Assembly (NCBI GenBank): GCA_020049805.1
Contig: JAGVLN010000013.1
Location: forward strand, 3,286 to 67,285
DNA: 64,000 nt
Origin: Rickettsiales bacterium
Lineage (GTDB): Bacteria > Pseudomonadota > Alphaproteobacteria > Rickettsiales > JABSSG01
Direction of reading: 5' to 3'
The translations under genes were made by a program, and so were the position numbers. Of the stretch, positions 40,512 through 50,207 are shown piece after piece (positions within the stretch are counted from its first letter, which is position 1; every line of letters begins with the position of its first letter). Below the pieces are notes generated by a model. That model searched no databases and was not told where the DNA came from. It saw nothing but the letters and a program-made list of their open reading frames with translations.

Positions 40512-42311
40512 TTACTGGCATGCTAAACATTCTTCGTATTTGTTATTCTCATTCCCTTTATTAGTCAGGTCATTGGCTAATTCTTGTCCTACTACCTTAT
40601 GAGCAACTTTTTCTGCACGTTGCAATGAAGTAGATCTTGCATAATACATGCCCTTAACTCCTTTTTTCCATGCTTTAAAATGCACATCATGTAAATATTG
40701 TTTACTGACATTCCCAGGTAAAAATATATTCAATGACTGACCTTGGCAAATATAAGGAGTTCTATCAGCAGCAAGTTCAATTAACCATCTTTGGTCTAAT
40801 TCTTGTGCTGTTTTAAAAACATCTTTTTCTTCTTGAGTCAAACAATCCAAATGCTGTACTGAACCTTCATGAGTCGCAATAGAAGACCAAATTTTTTCAG
40901 TATTCATGCCTTTCTTCTCAAGCAATTGCAGCAAATTTTTATTACGTACTATAAATGATCCTGATAGAGTTTTTTGAGTAAAACTGTTTGCTGCATAAGG
41001 TTCAATACCAGGAGAAGAATTATTAGCAATAATAGATATGGAGGCCGTAGGAGCAATTGCCATTTTATTACTAAATCTTTCCATTACACCACAGTCAGCT
41101 GCGTCTGGGCATGGTCCTTTTACTTTAGCTATATCTATAGAAGCCTTATCTACTTCTTTCTTAATATGCTCAAAAATTTTCTTATTCCAAACTTTGGCCA
41201 TCACTGATTCCATAGGAGTATTATGAGCTTGCAAGAAAGAGTGGTATCCCATCACACCTAACCCAACACTACGCTCTCTCATAGCAGAATATTTAGCTCT
41301 ACTCATAGAGTCAGGCGCATTATCGATGAAATCTTGTAATACATTATCCAAAAAGCTCATCACATCAGTAATAAATGATTTATTTTCGCACCAATCATCA
41401 TAATACTCTAAATTTAATGAAGATAAGCAACATACGGCAGTCCGCTCATTACCCAAATGATCAGTGCCTGTAGGCAAAGTTATTTCGTTACATAAATTAG
41501 AAGTTTTAACTAATAAATTTAATTTTTTATGATGTTCAGGTATATACTTATTCACTGTATCAATAAATAATAAATAAGGCTCACCTGTTTCAATACGAGT
41601 GGTAAGGATTTTAATCCATAAATCACGAGCCTTTATAGTGCCCATAATATTACCATTATGGGGACTGCGCAAATGCCAGTCTTCACCTTTTTCCACAGCA
41701 TTCATAAATTCATCAGTAATAACTACACCATTATGAATATTAAGCGCTTTACGATTCGGATCTCCACCTGTTGGGCGTCTAATATCAATAAATTCCTCAA
41801 TTTCCGGATGATGAACAGGCATATATAAGGCAGAGCTCCCTCTCCTTAAACTTCCTTGTGAAATAGCTAAAGTTAAAGAATCTTGAACACATATAAAAGG
41901 TATAACACCAGACGTTTTACCATTCCCTCTTACTTTTTCACCAATAGACCTTAAGTTACCCCAATAGCTTCCGATTCCTCCACCTCTGGCTGCTAGCCAT
42001 ACATTTTCTGTCCATAGGTCCACTATACCTTCTAAACTATCAGAAGCTTCATTTAAGTAACAAGAAATAGGCAAACCTCTATTGGTTCCACCATTACTTA
42101 AAACTGGAGTAGCAGGCATAAACCATAAATTACTAATATAATTGTATAAACGTTGAGCATGTTTTTGATCATCTGCATAATAACTTGCAACTCTAGCAAA
42201 CAAATCTTGAAAATCTTCACCCTCTAATAAATATCTATCTCTTAGTACTGCTTTACCAAATTCTGAAAGTTTAGCATTATTTGCTGGATCAATTTTTATG
42301 TTGAATTTCAT
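40512..42311 (-). CDS. nrdA: Ribonucleoside-diphosphate reductase subunit alpha (class I, short form without N-terminal ATP-cone)
   Basis: 599 aa. Active-site NLCNEITLP, PTASIS and the C-terminal redox pair ECLACQ. The N-terminus goes straight into the helical domain, with no VxKRDG-type ATP-cone. Confidence 0.9.
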   Translation of the reverse strand: MKFNIKIDPANNAKLSEFGKAVLRDRYLLEGEDFQDLFARVASYYADDQKHAQRLYNYISNLWFMPATPVLSNGGTNRGLPISCYLNEASDSLEGIVDLWTENVWLAARGGGIGSYWGNLRSIGEKVRGNGKTSGVIPFICVQDSLTLAISQGSLRRGSSALYMPVHHPEIEEFIDIRRPTGGDPNRKALNIHNGVVITDEFMNAVEKGEDWHLRSPHNGNIMGTIKARDLWIKILTTRIETGEPYLLFIDTVNKYIPEHHKKLNLLVKTSNLCNEITLPTGTDHLGNERTAVCCLSSLNLEYYDDWCENKSFITDVMSFLDNVLQDFIDNAPDSMSRAKYSAMRERSVGLGVMGYHSFLQAHNTPMESVMAKVWNKKIFEHIKKEVDKASIDIAKVKGPCPDAADCGVMERFSNKMAIAPTASISIIANNSSPGIEPYAANSFTQKTLSGSFIVRNKNLLQLLEKKGMNTEKIWSSIATHEGSVQHLDCLTQEEKDVFKTAQELDQRWLIELAADRTPYICQGQSLNIFLPGNVSKQYLHDVHFKAWKKGVKGMYYARSTSLQRAEKVAHKVVGQELANDLTNKGNENNKYEECLACQ

Positions 42312-42409
42312 AAAACACCTATTAAAAAATTAACTTTTATTTTATAGAGCAGTAGAACATTTCGATTATACACCTCTGCACTTAAGGCAGACATCGCTAA
42401 GAAAAATGT

Positions 42410-42431
42410 CTATATATATTAGAATATATAG
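42410..42431. repeat. 8-6-8 inverted repeat CTATATAT-attaga-ATATATAG upstream of nrdA
   Basis: Perfect complementary arms at 42410-42417 and 42424-42431. Lies about 40-60 nt upstream of a TATAAT (minus strand, 42370-42365) that precedes nrdA. Confidence 0.4.
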
Positions 42432-42587
42432 TATTTTTTTTATTTTCAACTACTAAATGTTGTGATTATTGCAAAAAAATCTACTATCCATTTTTATATA
42501 TGATATAACGTACGAATAATAAATATAAAATATATTTTTATTAAAAATTAGTTTCAAAATTTTAAATTTCTTCCTAATCAAACTATC

Positions 42588-44996
42588 TTACTTAGATTGC
42601 AGCTCATATAATTTTCTAATCCAAGCATCATTAGCTTCACCATATGTTGCAATAATATCGCGCAACTTTTGTTTATCTTCTTCAGAACTGCAAGCTAGTA
42701 TAGCCAGTTCCAAATCCATACCTTTTAAATTCATCTCAGAAATAATTGAAACATCAGACTGACGAATAATAAATTGCCGCTTTGATGACTCTAGAGCTTC
42801 TAAATACATACTTTCCTGTTCGCTTAATTTAAATACACGTTTAAGGTTAGTGTAGGAAGTCTCATCTGGTAAAAATATTTTAGTTGCCATCTTATCTTGA
42901 TACACTTGACCTATAATATCACTTACCGTCACGTTTCTCCTACTAAAGGACGCACAACCAAGTAAAATCGAATTATCAGCTGTCAAACCATCTAATATTG
43001 CTGGCAGGTTTTTTTCAAAATATAAATTTCCAAATAACCTATTACATCCAGCTACTACTAAAATCGATCTCTCACCCACAAAATTTACTCTGAAAAAGTG
43101 AATCAAATAAAACATAATGGGTAAGTTAAAAGCAATGTCTGTATCAACAATATCAAACATATTGATAGCTAAAATGTTATTACTGTAAGTCAAATCATCA
43201 TGATCATTATCAAATATATGGGCATATTTACCTTTACCGTACCATTTGGAGAGTTTTTTAAGGATTGATTTATTAATTTCGGTAAATGCTGGTAAATTAA
43301 AAAAATTACCTGCATTAGATAGCCTTCTGTCCTTAACGGGCAATCCATAAATAATATCCACGGCTGCGGTAACGGCAGCGGTATATTCTTCCAATTGTTC
43401 ATTATCTACATACTTGTCCATTAGGTATAGTAACCAATAACGAAGAAATTCTCTATTTCTTAGAGTATCTTCAAGGAGTAAGGGATTAAATCTTATAGCA
43501 TTTTCAGTAGGCTTTACTGAGAAAGTTAAATATTTTCCGCTCAGAGCTTTAATAAATATCTCAGACTCCATTTGAATATCTAAGTATAAAACATTAGGCC
43601 TAAGTTTCAAAGACTCACTCAATAAAAAATTCATTAACGTTACTTTCCCTGATCCATCGTGCCCAACTATAATAGTATGACCTATATCGCCAACATGAAA
43701 ATTAAAGAAATATGGAGTTCCCAAAGCTGTTTTAAGCAAAGTAATCGCTTCCCCCCATTTTGAAGTTAATGAGCCTACAGGAAAATTATGTAATGAGGCC
43801 ATACCAGCTATAATGGATGTAGACATAGGACTACTTCTAGTAATGTAACTAAAATTACCTGGCAGCTGCGACCAAAAACAATGTTCTAAATTCAAATCTT
43901 CCCTAACGACAGGTAAACCAATGTCAAATAATACTTTAGCTGCATCTTTTATCCTCTGTTCCAACTCTATTAAGTTATCAGCTATAACCATTATAGTTAA
44001 TTGACTCTCACAATAATCAACTTGAGAAGTTTTAGAGTTGTCTAATAAAGTGTCCAAACCTATTACCTGTTTAAATTCAGTATCTCCACTAACATCTAAA
44101 ATATAATTCTGATATAAAAAATCCTTTAATGCTGCCTTTTTATTAATAAAGTTAATAGTCTGCGTTACTACAAATTGCTGAGGTAATTGTAAGAATTTAT
44201 CTATAACGGCGGCAGACACATCATGATAAGCTTTTACTGATAAAATAGAACCAAAGAATTTACCATTACTTTTCCTTACTTCCAAAGAGTTATTACCAAA
44301 AGCGATCTTATATTTAGCCAAATACCTAGATAAATCAGCCATCGGTACAGGCATATCATTTTCTTCTAAATGAATTATTTTACTAAAAAATTTCAAAAGA
44401 TCCGAAGTATAACCTAAATCTGGATGCAGAACCAGCCCTAGTCTAATAGCACCATAATGCGATAAAGCTTCTAATAGGCTCAAAACTGTCTTATCTAGGT
44501 CTTTATAGGCCTCATCAAGATAATCAATATGATCTTGATAGAGCTTATTAGAAATAAAATATTTTACTGTATCTGAAGAATTTAATTTTAGAGATAAGCC
44601 TGAATGAATCACGGTTAAATATAACTCATTAATATATTTATCATCCCAACTATTTTTTCTCACCCATTGTTCATGCAATTTTTGAGCAAAAAATAAAGGA
44701 AATGTAGGATGAGTATCTAAGCTATGCTTACGTCGCACGGTATGAAATGTTAAGGCTAAGTTAGAAGAACGTATACGCTCTAAAACAGCTTTTCTAACAG
44801 TATCACGCAAGCCTAAGCTAACTCCACCCAAAGTTTCATAAGTAAAACCAACTATTTTAATAGTCTGTAATAATTCCCCATTTTTTGTCAAAATGGTATT
44901 ATTATTATAATGGCAGGCATAAGGAATAAAATTAGGAACAGGTGCTTCTAGTGTTAGCCCATTCTCCTCGGTTTCTTTATTAAATAAATTGAACAT
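42588..44996 (-). CDS. virB4: Type IV secretion system VirB4/CagE/TrbE-family protein with degenerate NTPase motifs (RvhB4-II-like)
   Basis: 802 aa. VirB4-like N-terminus (FIPYACHYNNNTILTKNGELLQTIKIVGF). FNFHVGDIGHTIIVGHDGSGKVTLMNFL sits at the P-loop position. ILVVAGCNRLF replaces hhhhDEAW. TKIFLPDETS is conserved near the C-terminus. Confidence 0.85.
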   Translation of the reverse strand: MFNLFNKETEENGLTLEAPVPNFIPYACHYNNNTILTKNGELLQTIKIVGFTYETLGGVSLGLRDTVRKAVLERIRSSNLALTFHTVRRKHSLDTHPTFPLFFAQKLHEQWVRKNSWDDKYINELYLTVIHSGLSLKLNSSDTVKYFISNKLYQDHIDYLDEAYKDLDKTVLSLLEALSHYGAIRLGLVLHPDLGYTSDLLKFFSKIIHLEENDMPVPMADLSRYLAKYKIAFGNNSLEVRKSNGKFFGSILSVKAYHDVSAAVIDKFLQLPQQFVVTQTINFINKKAALKDFLYQNYILDVSGDTEFKQVIGLDTLLDNSKTSQVDYCESQLTIMVIADNLIELEQRIKDAAKVLFDIGLPVVREDLNLEHCFWSQLPGNFSYITRSSPMSTSIIAGMASLHNFPVGSLTSKWGEAITLLKTALGTPYFFNFHVGDIGHTIIVGHDGSGKVTLMNFLLSESLKLRPNVLYLDIQMESEIFIKALSGKYLTFSVKPTENAIRFNPLLLEDTLRNREFLRYWLLYLMDKYVDNEQLEEYTAAVTAAVDIIYGLPVKDRRLSNAGNFFNLPAFTEINKSILKKLSKWYGKGKYAHIFDNDHDDLTYSNNILAINMFDIVDTDIAFNLPIMFYLIHFFRVNFVGERSILVVAGCNRLFGNLYFEKNLPAILDGLTADNSILLGCASFSRRNVTVSDIIGQVYQDKMATKIFLPDETSYTNLKRVFKLSEQESMYLEALESSKRQFIIRQSDVSIISEMNLKGMDLELAILACSSEEDKQKLRDIIATYGEANDAWIRKLYELQSK

Positions 44997-45106
44997 TTAT
45001 ACCTAATTAAACTGACCTAATTATAAGGTAATAGTAACTTTCTTTATTATGTAACGTAAAGTTTTTTTTACTTACAAATAAAATTAAACTAAAAACTATA
45101 GCTATT

Positions 45107-45550
45107 TTAACGTTTTAGAGCTTTGTTGAAACGCCCGAAATTATGGAAAAAGTCCTTGAGCACACCAGTATCATCACCTTCTACCAATGATTTCTCTTTA
45201 TTAAATACAATTTTCTTTTTAGTAGAACTATCCGAAAATATAATTTCTTGAAGCTTATCATTTTGGAAATTCAGCTGCATCACCTGTTCTTGTACTATAT
45301 CTGCCTTAAGGAAACCTACAGCTTCCATTTTAATAGAAATATAATACCATATATCCTGATTAAATGTAGATTTTGTACTTGGCTCTCCTAATAAAGTTAT
45401 GGCTTCTTCTTTAGTAGTAGACCCAATTTTTAATTTAGTAACTAATGTTTCATCCTCAGGATAACCATGAATAGCAACCTTTTTAAAGCAAGAGTTTAGC
45501 GAGCTAATGACAATTAATACTAAGAAAAAGGTTTTTATTTTGACAGACAT
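45107..45550 (-). CDS. bamE: Outer membrane protein assembly factor BamE (SmpA/OmlA lipoprotein)
   Basis: Lipobox-like signal LVLIVISSLNS/C. BamE core LKIGSTTKEEAITLLGEPSTKSTFNQDIWYYI. Confidence 0.8.
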   Translation of the reverse strand: MSVKIKTFFLVLIVISSLNSCFKKVAIHGYPEDETLVTKLKIGSTTKEEAITLLGEPSTKSTFNQDIWYYISIKMEAVGFLKADIVQEQVMQLNFQNDKLQEIIFSDSSTKKKIVFNKEKSLVEGDDTGVLKDFFHNFGRFNKALKR

Positions 45551-45553
45551 ATC

Positions 45554-45581
45554 TTTACGATTGAGTAAAATGCGCTATAAT
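45554..45581 (+). promoter_or_regulatory. Candidate sigma70-type promoter for rpmF-plsX-fabH-ihfA
   Basis: TTTACG (45554-45559), 16-nt spacer, TATAAT (45576-45581). About 90 nt upstream of the rpmF ATG. Confidence 0.3.
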
Positions 45582-45671
45582 GGTTACTATTAATAATTAA
45601 ACAATTTTATATTTACATACAATATAAAATTATTTATATATCAAAGCAACTTATTTATTAAGGATATAAAC

Positions 45672-45881
45672 ATGGCAGTACCAAAAAGAAAAACTTCAAC
45701 GTCAAAAAGGAATATGAGAAGATCTCATCATTCTTTATCTCCCATTAATATAGTTACTGATTCTACTACTGGTGAATATACATTACCACATCACATCTCT
45801 TTAACTGATGGATATTATAAAGGTAAACAAGTTATTGCACCAAAAAATACTTCTTCAGAAGAAGACCAAGAAGGAAAATAA
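45672..45881 (+). CDS. rpmF: 50S ribosomal protein L32
   Basis: [19 protein letters not shown] is the canonical L32 N-terminus. Confidence 0.93.
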   Translation: MAVPKRKTSTSKRNMRRSHHSLSPINIVTDSTTGEYTLPHHISLTDGYYKGKQVIAPKNTSSEEDQEGK

Positions 45882-45899
45882 TTAGTTTAAATATATTTA

Positions 45900-46943
45900 A
45901 TGCATAATAGTTCTCCAATGAACGAAATTGTAATAGCTTTAGACGGGATGGGTGGAGATCAAGCTCCTAAATCTGTTATTCAGGGAGCTGAATTAATATT
46001 AAAATCTACCCCTCAAAATAAAATATTTTTCAAAATTTTTGGAGATAAAAACGTCATTCAGCCTTTATTAGACCAATCTCCTTTATTAAGCTCTCATTCT
46101 GAACTCATTCACACATCGCAAGTAGTAACTGCAGATGAAAAACCATCAATAGCACTTAGGATGGGACGTGAATCTAGTATGCAATTAGCAATTAATGCTG
46201 TTAAAACTGGCCAAGCAGCATCTATGGTTTCCGCAGGTAATACTGGAGCGTTAATGGCAATGTCTAAAGTATCACTTAGAACTTTACCACAAATTAGTAG
46301 GCCTGCAATTGCTGCTATCATGCCTTCTACTAAGGGGCGTATAGTTATGCTTGATCTTGGTGCGAATGTGGAATGTGATGCCACTAATTTATTTGAATTT
46401 GCTATTATGGGTGAAGCTTTTGCACGAATTATCTTAGGTATAGATAAACCGAAAATTGGCTTACTGAACATTGGCTCAGAAGAAACAAAAGGTAAAGATT
46501 CTATAAGACTAGCAAATACAATGCTTAAAGAAACACTTTTACCCATTAATTTTCATGGCTATATTGAAGCAAATAATATTACTGAAGGTATAGTGGACGT
46601 AATTGTAACTGATGGCTTTTCTGGTAATGTAGCATTAAAGGCTATTGAAGGATCTGTAAAATTATACAAGCACTTCTTAAAACAAGCTTTTTCTAGCTCA
46701 TTATTTGCTAAATTAGCTTATTTATTAATACGTCCTATATTAAAAAAATTAACCATAACAGCTGATCATAGATACTATAATGGCGCAATGTTTGTAGGTT
46801 TAAATGGTATAGTAGTGAAAAGTCATGGATCTATGGACCATATTGGCTTTGCAAATGCAATAAAAGTGGCATACGAACTTGCTCATGCTAACATTAACAA
46901 ACAAATTGCAGATGAACTTCTAGATATAAATAGTCTATCATAA
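45900..46943 (+). CDS. plsX: Phosphate acyltransferase PlsX
   Basis: IALDGMGGDQAP, SAGNTGALMA and DGFSGNVALK. The start may be the second ATG (45918). Confidence 0.92.
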   Translation: MHNSSPMNEIVIALDGMGGDQAPKSVIQGAELILKSTPQNKIFFKIFGDKNVIQPLLDQSPLLSSHSELIHTSQVVTADEKPSIALRMGRESSMQLAINAVKTGQAASMVSAGNTGALMAMSKVSLRTLPQISRPAIAAIMPSTKGRIVMLDLGANVECDATNLFEFAIMGEAFARIILGIDKPKIGLLNIGSEETKGKDSIRLANTMLKETLLPINFHGYIEANNITEGIVDVIVTDGFSGNVALKAIEGSVKLYKHFLKQAFSSSLFAKLAYLLIRPILKKLTITADHRYYNGAMFVGLNGIVVKSHGSMDHIGFANAIKVAYELAHANINKQIADELLDINSLS

Positions 46944-47911
46944 TGACCAATATAAAATCTTTTATACTATCTTGTGGCGCATATTTACCTAAAAAAATTG
47001 TTTCAAATAACGAACTTGCTAAGATTGTTGACACTTCAGATGAATGGATTTTTACACGTACGGGGATAAAAAATAGACATATTGCAAATGAAGAAGAATC
47101 TACATCTTACATGGCTATCCAGGCTGCAAAACAAGCAATCTCGGCACACCCAGAAATAGCGAGAAAAATTGATGCTATTATAGTTGCTACTACTACACCA
47201 GATCAAGTTTTTCCTTCTGTAGCTGTTAAAGTACAAGCAGCATTAGATCTAAAAAATGCATATGCCTTTGACCTGCAAGCCGTATGCTCTGGATTTTTAT
47301 ATGCTTTATCTGTTGCAAATAATTTGATCCAATCTGGATCATCCTCTACTATCCTAGTTATAGGCGCTGATAAAATGTCTAAAATATTAAATTGGGAAGA
47401 TAGAGGTACATGCGTATTATTTGGCGATGGCGCAGGTGCTGTAATCCTTACTAAAAACGATCAAAATAGTGATAGTGGTATTATTAAATCCGAATTATTT
47501 GCTGATGGTCATCTAAAAGATATTCTTTACACAAGCGGGCAAGTCTGTACTCAAGAAACTCCTGGGTATATTATGATGCAAGGTAAAGAAGTGTTCAGAC
47601 ATGCAGTAGAAAATATGAGCAGCTCTATGAATAATATTCTTTCGTCTTTAGGGATATCTGTTAATGATGTAAATTGGATTATCCCTCATCAAGCTAATGT
47701 TAGAATAATAGAAGCTATTGCCACTAAGTTAAAATTTCCTATAGATAAAATTGTGATAACATTACAAAATCATGCAAATACTTCAGCAGCCTCTATACCT
47801 TTAGCATTGTACAATCATTGTAGCCAAGGTAAATTAAAAAGAGGAGATTTAGTGATGTTCACTGCAGCTGGTGGCGGATTCACTTGGGGCTCAATGTTAC
47901 TTAAATGGTAA
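46943..47911 (+). CDS. fabH: 3-oxoacyl-[ACP] synthase III
   Basis: DEWIFTRTGIKNRH, catalytic Cys in QAVCSGFLYAL, HQANVRII and AAGGGFTWG. TAATG overlap with plsX. Confidence 0.93.
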   Translation: MTNIKSFILSCGAYLPKKIVSNNELAKIVDTSDEWIFTRTGIKNRHIANEEESTSYMAIQAAKQAISAHPEIARKIDAIIVATTTPDQVFPSVAVKVQAALDLKNAYAFDLQAVCSGFLYALSVANNLIQSGSSSTILVIGADKMSKILNWEDRGTCVLFGDGAGAVILTKNDQNSDSGIIKSELFADGHLKDILYTSGQVCTQETPGYIMMQGKEVFRHAVENMSSSMNNILSSLGISVNDVNWIIPHQANVRIIEAIATKLKFPIDKIVITLQNHANTSAASIPLALYNHCSQGKLKRGDLVMFTAAGGGFTWGSMLLKW

Positions 47912-47914
47912 ATT

Positions 47915-48220
47915 ATGACAGAAAAAACTATTACTAGAAACGATATAGCAGTAGAAGTGCATAAACAAATTGGTTTATCCATAACTGAATCTGATAAAAT
48001 CGTAACCCAATTTTTTAATAGTGTTATTGAAGGTTTAGAAGATACCGGCAATGTAAAATTAACCAATTTTGGTACTCTTACTGTGCTTAATAAAAAACAA
48101 CGTATAGGGCGTAACCCGAAGACTAAAAAAGAAGCTATAATTCATGCAAGAAAAACTATAAGCTTTCGTGCCTCCGATAACTTAAAAAATATTATAAATA
48201 AAAATACTGATGCAACATAA
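47915..48220 (+). CDS. ihfA: Integration host factor subunit alpha
   Basis: HU/IHF fold with FGTLTVLNKKQRIGRNPKTKKEAIIHARKTISFRAS. The position after fabH is the conserved alphaproteobacterial ihfA locus. Confidence 0.85.
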   Translation: MTEKTITRNDIAVEVHKQIGLSITESDKIVTQFFNSVIEGLEDTGNVKLTNFGTLTVLNKKQRIGRNPKTKKEAIIHARKTISFRASDNLKNIINKNTDAT

Positions 48221-48584
48221 ATCACCCTCTGCATATAAAACTATTGGTGAAGTTAGCAGTGCTCTAGATATACCAGCGCATGTCTTGCGCTTTTGGGAAA
48301 AAAAATTCAAACAAATTAAACCATACAAAAATAATGGCAGACGTTATTATTCTCCTCAAGATATTCAGACTATCGAAAATATAAAATTTTTATTATATGA
48401 AAAAGGTCTTACCATTAATGGAGTAAAAATTCATCTTGCAGAAAAACCGCAAAAATTATCAGCTTCTATTTCACCTCAAACCACTGAAGAAATAATACCT
48501 AAAGAACTCATGAATTCTATAAAATCCACGATTCAAGCAATTAAAAATATAAAATCACAGTTACAAAAAGGTTTATACGAATAA
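48210..48584 (+). CDS. MerR family transcriptional regulator
   Basis: N-terminal HTH YKTIGEVSSALDIPAHVLRFWEKKF...GRRYYSPQDI. Conserved partner gene downstream of ihfA in alphaproteobacteria. Confidence 0.8.
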   Translation: MQHKSPSAYKTIGEVSSALDIPAHVLRFWEKKFKQIKPYKNNGRRYYSPQDIQTIENIKFLLYEKGLTINGVKIHLAEKPQKLSASISPQTTEEIIPKELMNSIKSTIQAIKNIKSQLQKGLYE

Positions 48585-48600
48585 CCAGAAATTTATATTT

Positions 48601-49353
48601 TTATAGATCAAAATATTTAACTAAATCGTCAGGAGACAGCTTGTTACGAGCTTTTCCATACATATCTCTTACAATTTTACCATGATACATCATAATAGTA
48701 CGATTACCATATTCCAAAGCCTGATTCATACTATGAGTAATCATTAAAGCCGTTAGTTTATGCCTTTCAATAATCTTCTTTGTAAGATTTAAGATCACTT
48801 TAGCAATCTTAGGATCAAGGGCAGCTGTATGCTCATCTAATAATAAAATCTTACAGTTTTGGATAGTGGCCATAACTAAGCTTAGTGCTTGACGTTGACC
48901 ACCGGATAACGAAGCAACTTCATCTTTAAGTCGCATTTCTAATCCCATGTTTATCTCGCTTAATGCCTCACGAAATTTTTCTCTTAGTTCATTAGTTAAA
49001 CTATGCTTCCAACTTCTATTTTTACCACGCTTAAATGCTATACTCATATTTTCTTCAATAGTTAAGCCAGAAAACGTTCCTATCATTGGATCTTGAAAAA
49101 TTCTAGCAACCATACCCGATCTTCTTTCAATTGAGAACCCGGTCACATCCTGATTATCAATAATTACTTTGCCATTATTTGGCATAATGTCTCCAGATAA
49201 AACATTCATTAATGTAGACTTGCCGGCACCGTTACCGCCTATAATGGTGACAAAATCTCCTTCCTCTACTTTAAAACTTATGTTTTTTAGAACTTTATTT
49301 TCAAGTTGAGTATCTTGATTGAATATAACTTTGATATCCTGTAACTCTATCAT
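48601..49353 (-). CDS. ABC transporter ATP-binding protein (COG1101 type)
   Basis: Walker A GGNGAGKST, signature LSGGQRQ, Walker B LLLDEHTAALD. Confidence 0.88.
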   Translation of the reverse strand: MIELQDIKVIFNQDTQLENKVLKNISFKVEEGDFVTIIGGNGAGKSTLMNVLSGDIMPNNGKVIIDNQDVTGFSIERRSGMVARIFQDPMIGTFSGLTIEENMSIAFKRGKNRSWKHSLTNELREKFREALSEINMGLEMRLKDEVASLSGGQRQALSLVMATIQNCKILLLDEHTAALDPKIAKVILNLTKKIIERHKLTALMITHSMNQALEYGNRTIMMYHGKIVRDMYGKARNKLSPDDLVKYFDL

Positions 49354-50207
49354 TTTTTACTCCAACGTTTTTTTAACTTAGGAAGAATCATTGTAACCGC
49401 CACTATTATTGCGGTAATTAAGTTAAGATCATATACCTCTAAGCCTATATCATGTGCATTAAGTGCAAAAGCTACAGCAATACGATAAATTATTGAGCCT
49501 ATAACACACGCAATCAACACTAAAATAATCTTTTTAGGATTTAAAAATATAGCTTCCCCTATAATTACTGAAGCTAATCCTATAATCACCGTGCCGCTAC
49601 CCATAGAAATATCAGCAAAGCCTTGAGACTGTGCAAATAAAGCTCCACCTAAAGCCACAATAGCATTACTTAAGGCCAGCATAATGATTTTCACCATACC
49701 AACATTAATACCATACGCTCTACTGACTGTTGGATTCATTCCTGCTCCTCTAACTGCAAGACCAAATTCTGCTGAAAAAAATCTAGTTAATATGGCAATT
49801 ATAATCACTACTATAATTAAACTAGTTAGAATAATTGCATCATTAAGAAAGATTGTAGGTTCATCAATAATAGCAATGTTCGGACGTTGCATGATCCGCA
49901 AATTTACCGAATAAAGCGCTGTCATAGTTAAAATACCAGCTAATAAACCAAGTATATCCCATCTTACATTAAGATAACCAGTAATCATTCCTGCAACGCT
50001 TCCTGCCATTATTGCACTTAGAGTAGCAAACCAAGGATTATAACCAGCTGCTATCATAACTGTTGCCACAGCCGCCCCTAAAGTAAAGCTACCATCTACT
50101 GTTAAATCAGGAAAATCTATGATTCTAAAAGTTAAATATACACCTATAGTGATCAGGGCATAGATTAGCCCAATTTCGACTGTTCCCAAAAACTGCAACT
50201 CATTCAT
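49350..50207 (-). CDS. ABC transporter permease (COG4120 type)
   Basis: 285-aa polytopic protein, translationally coupled (4-nt and 8-nt overlaps) to the flanking ATPase and binding-protein genes. Confidence 0.8.
   Translation of the reverse strand: MNELQFLGTVEIGLIYALITIGVYLTFRIIDFPDLTVDGSFTLGAAVATVMIAAGYNPWFATLSAIMAGSVAGMITGYLNVRWDILGLLAGILTMTALYSVNLRIMQRPNIAIIDEPTIFLNDAIILTSLIIVVIIIAILTRFFSAEFGLAVRGAGMNPTVSRAYGINVGMVKIIMLALSNAIVALGGALFAQSQGFADISMGSGTVIIGLASVIIGEAIFLNPKKIILVLIACVIGSIIYRIAVAFALNAHDIGLEVYDLNLITAIIVAVTMILPKLKKRWSKK

Noticed and set aside
42410-42431. Considered calling the nrdA upstream inverted repeat an NrdR box.
   Set aside because: It shares only the central ATATAT core with the NrdR consensus (acaCwAtATaTwGtgt). 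The flanking CAC/GTG positions do not match, and there is no properly spaced second box.
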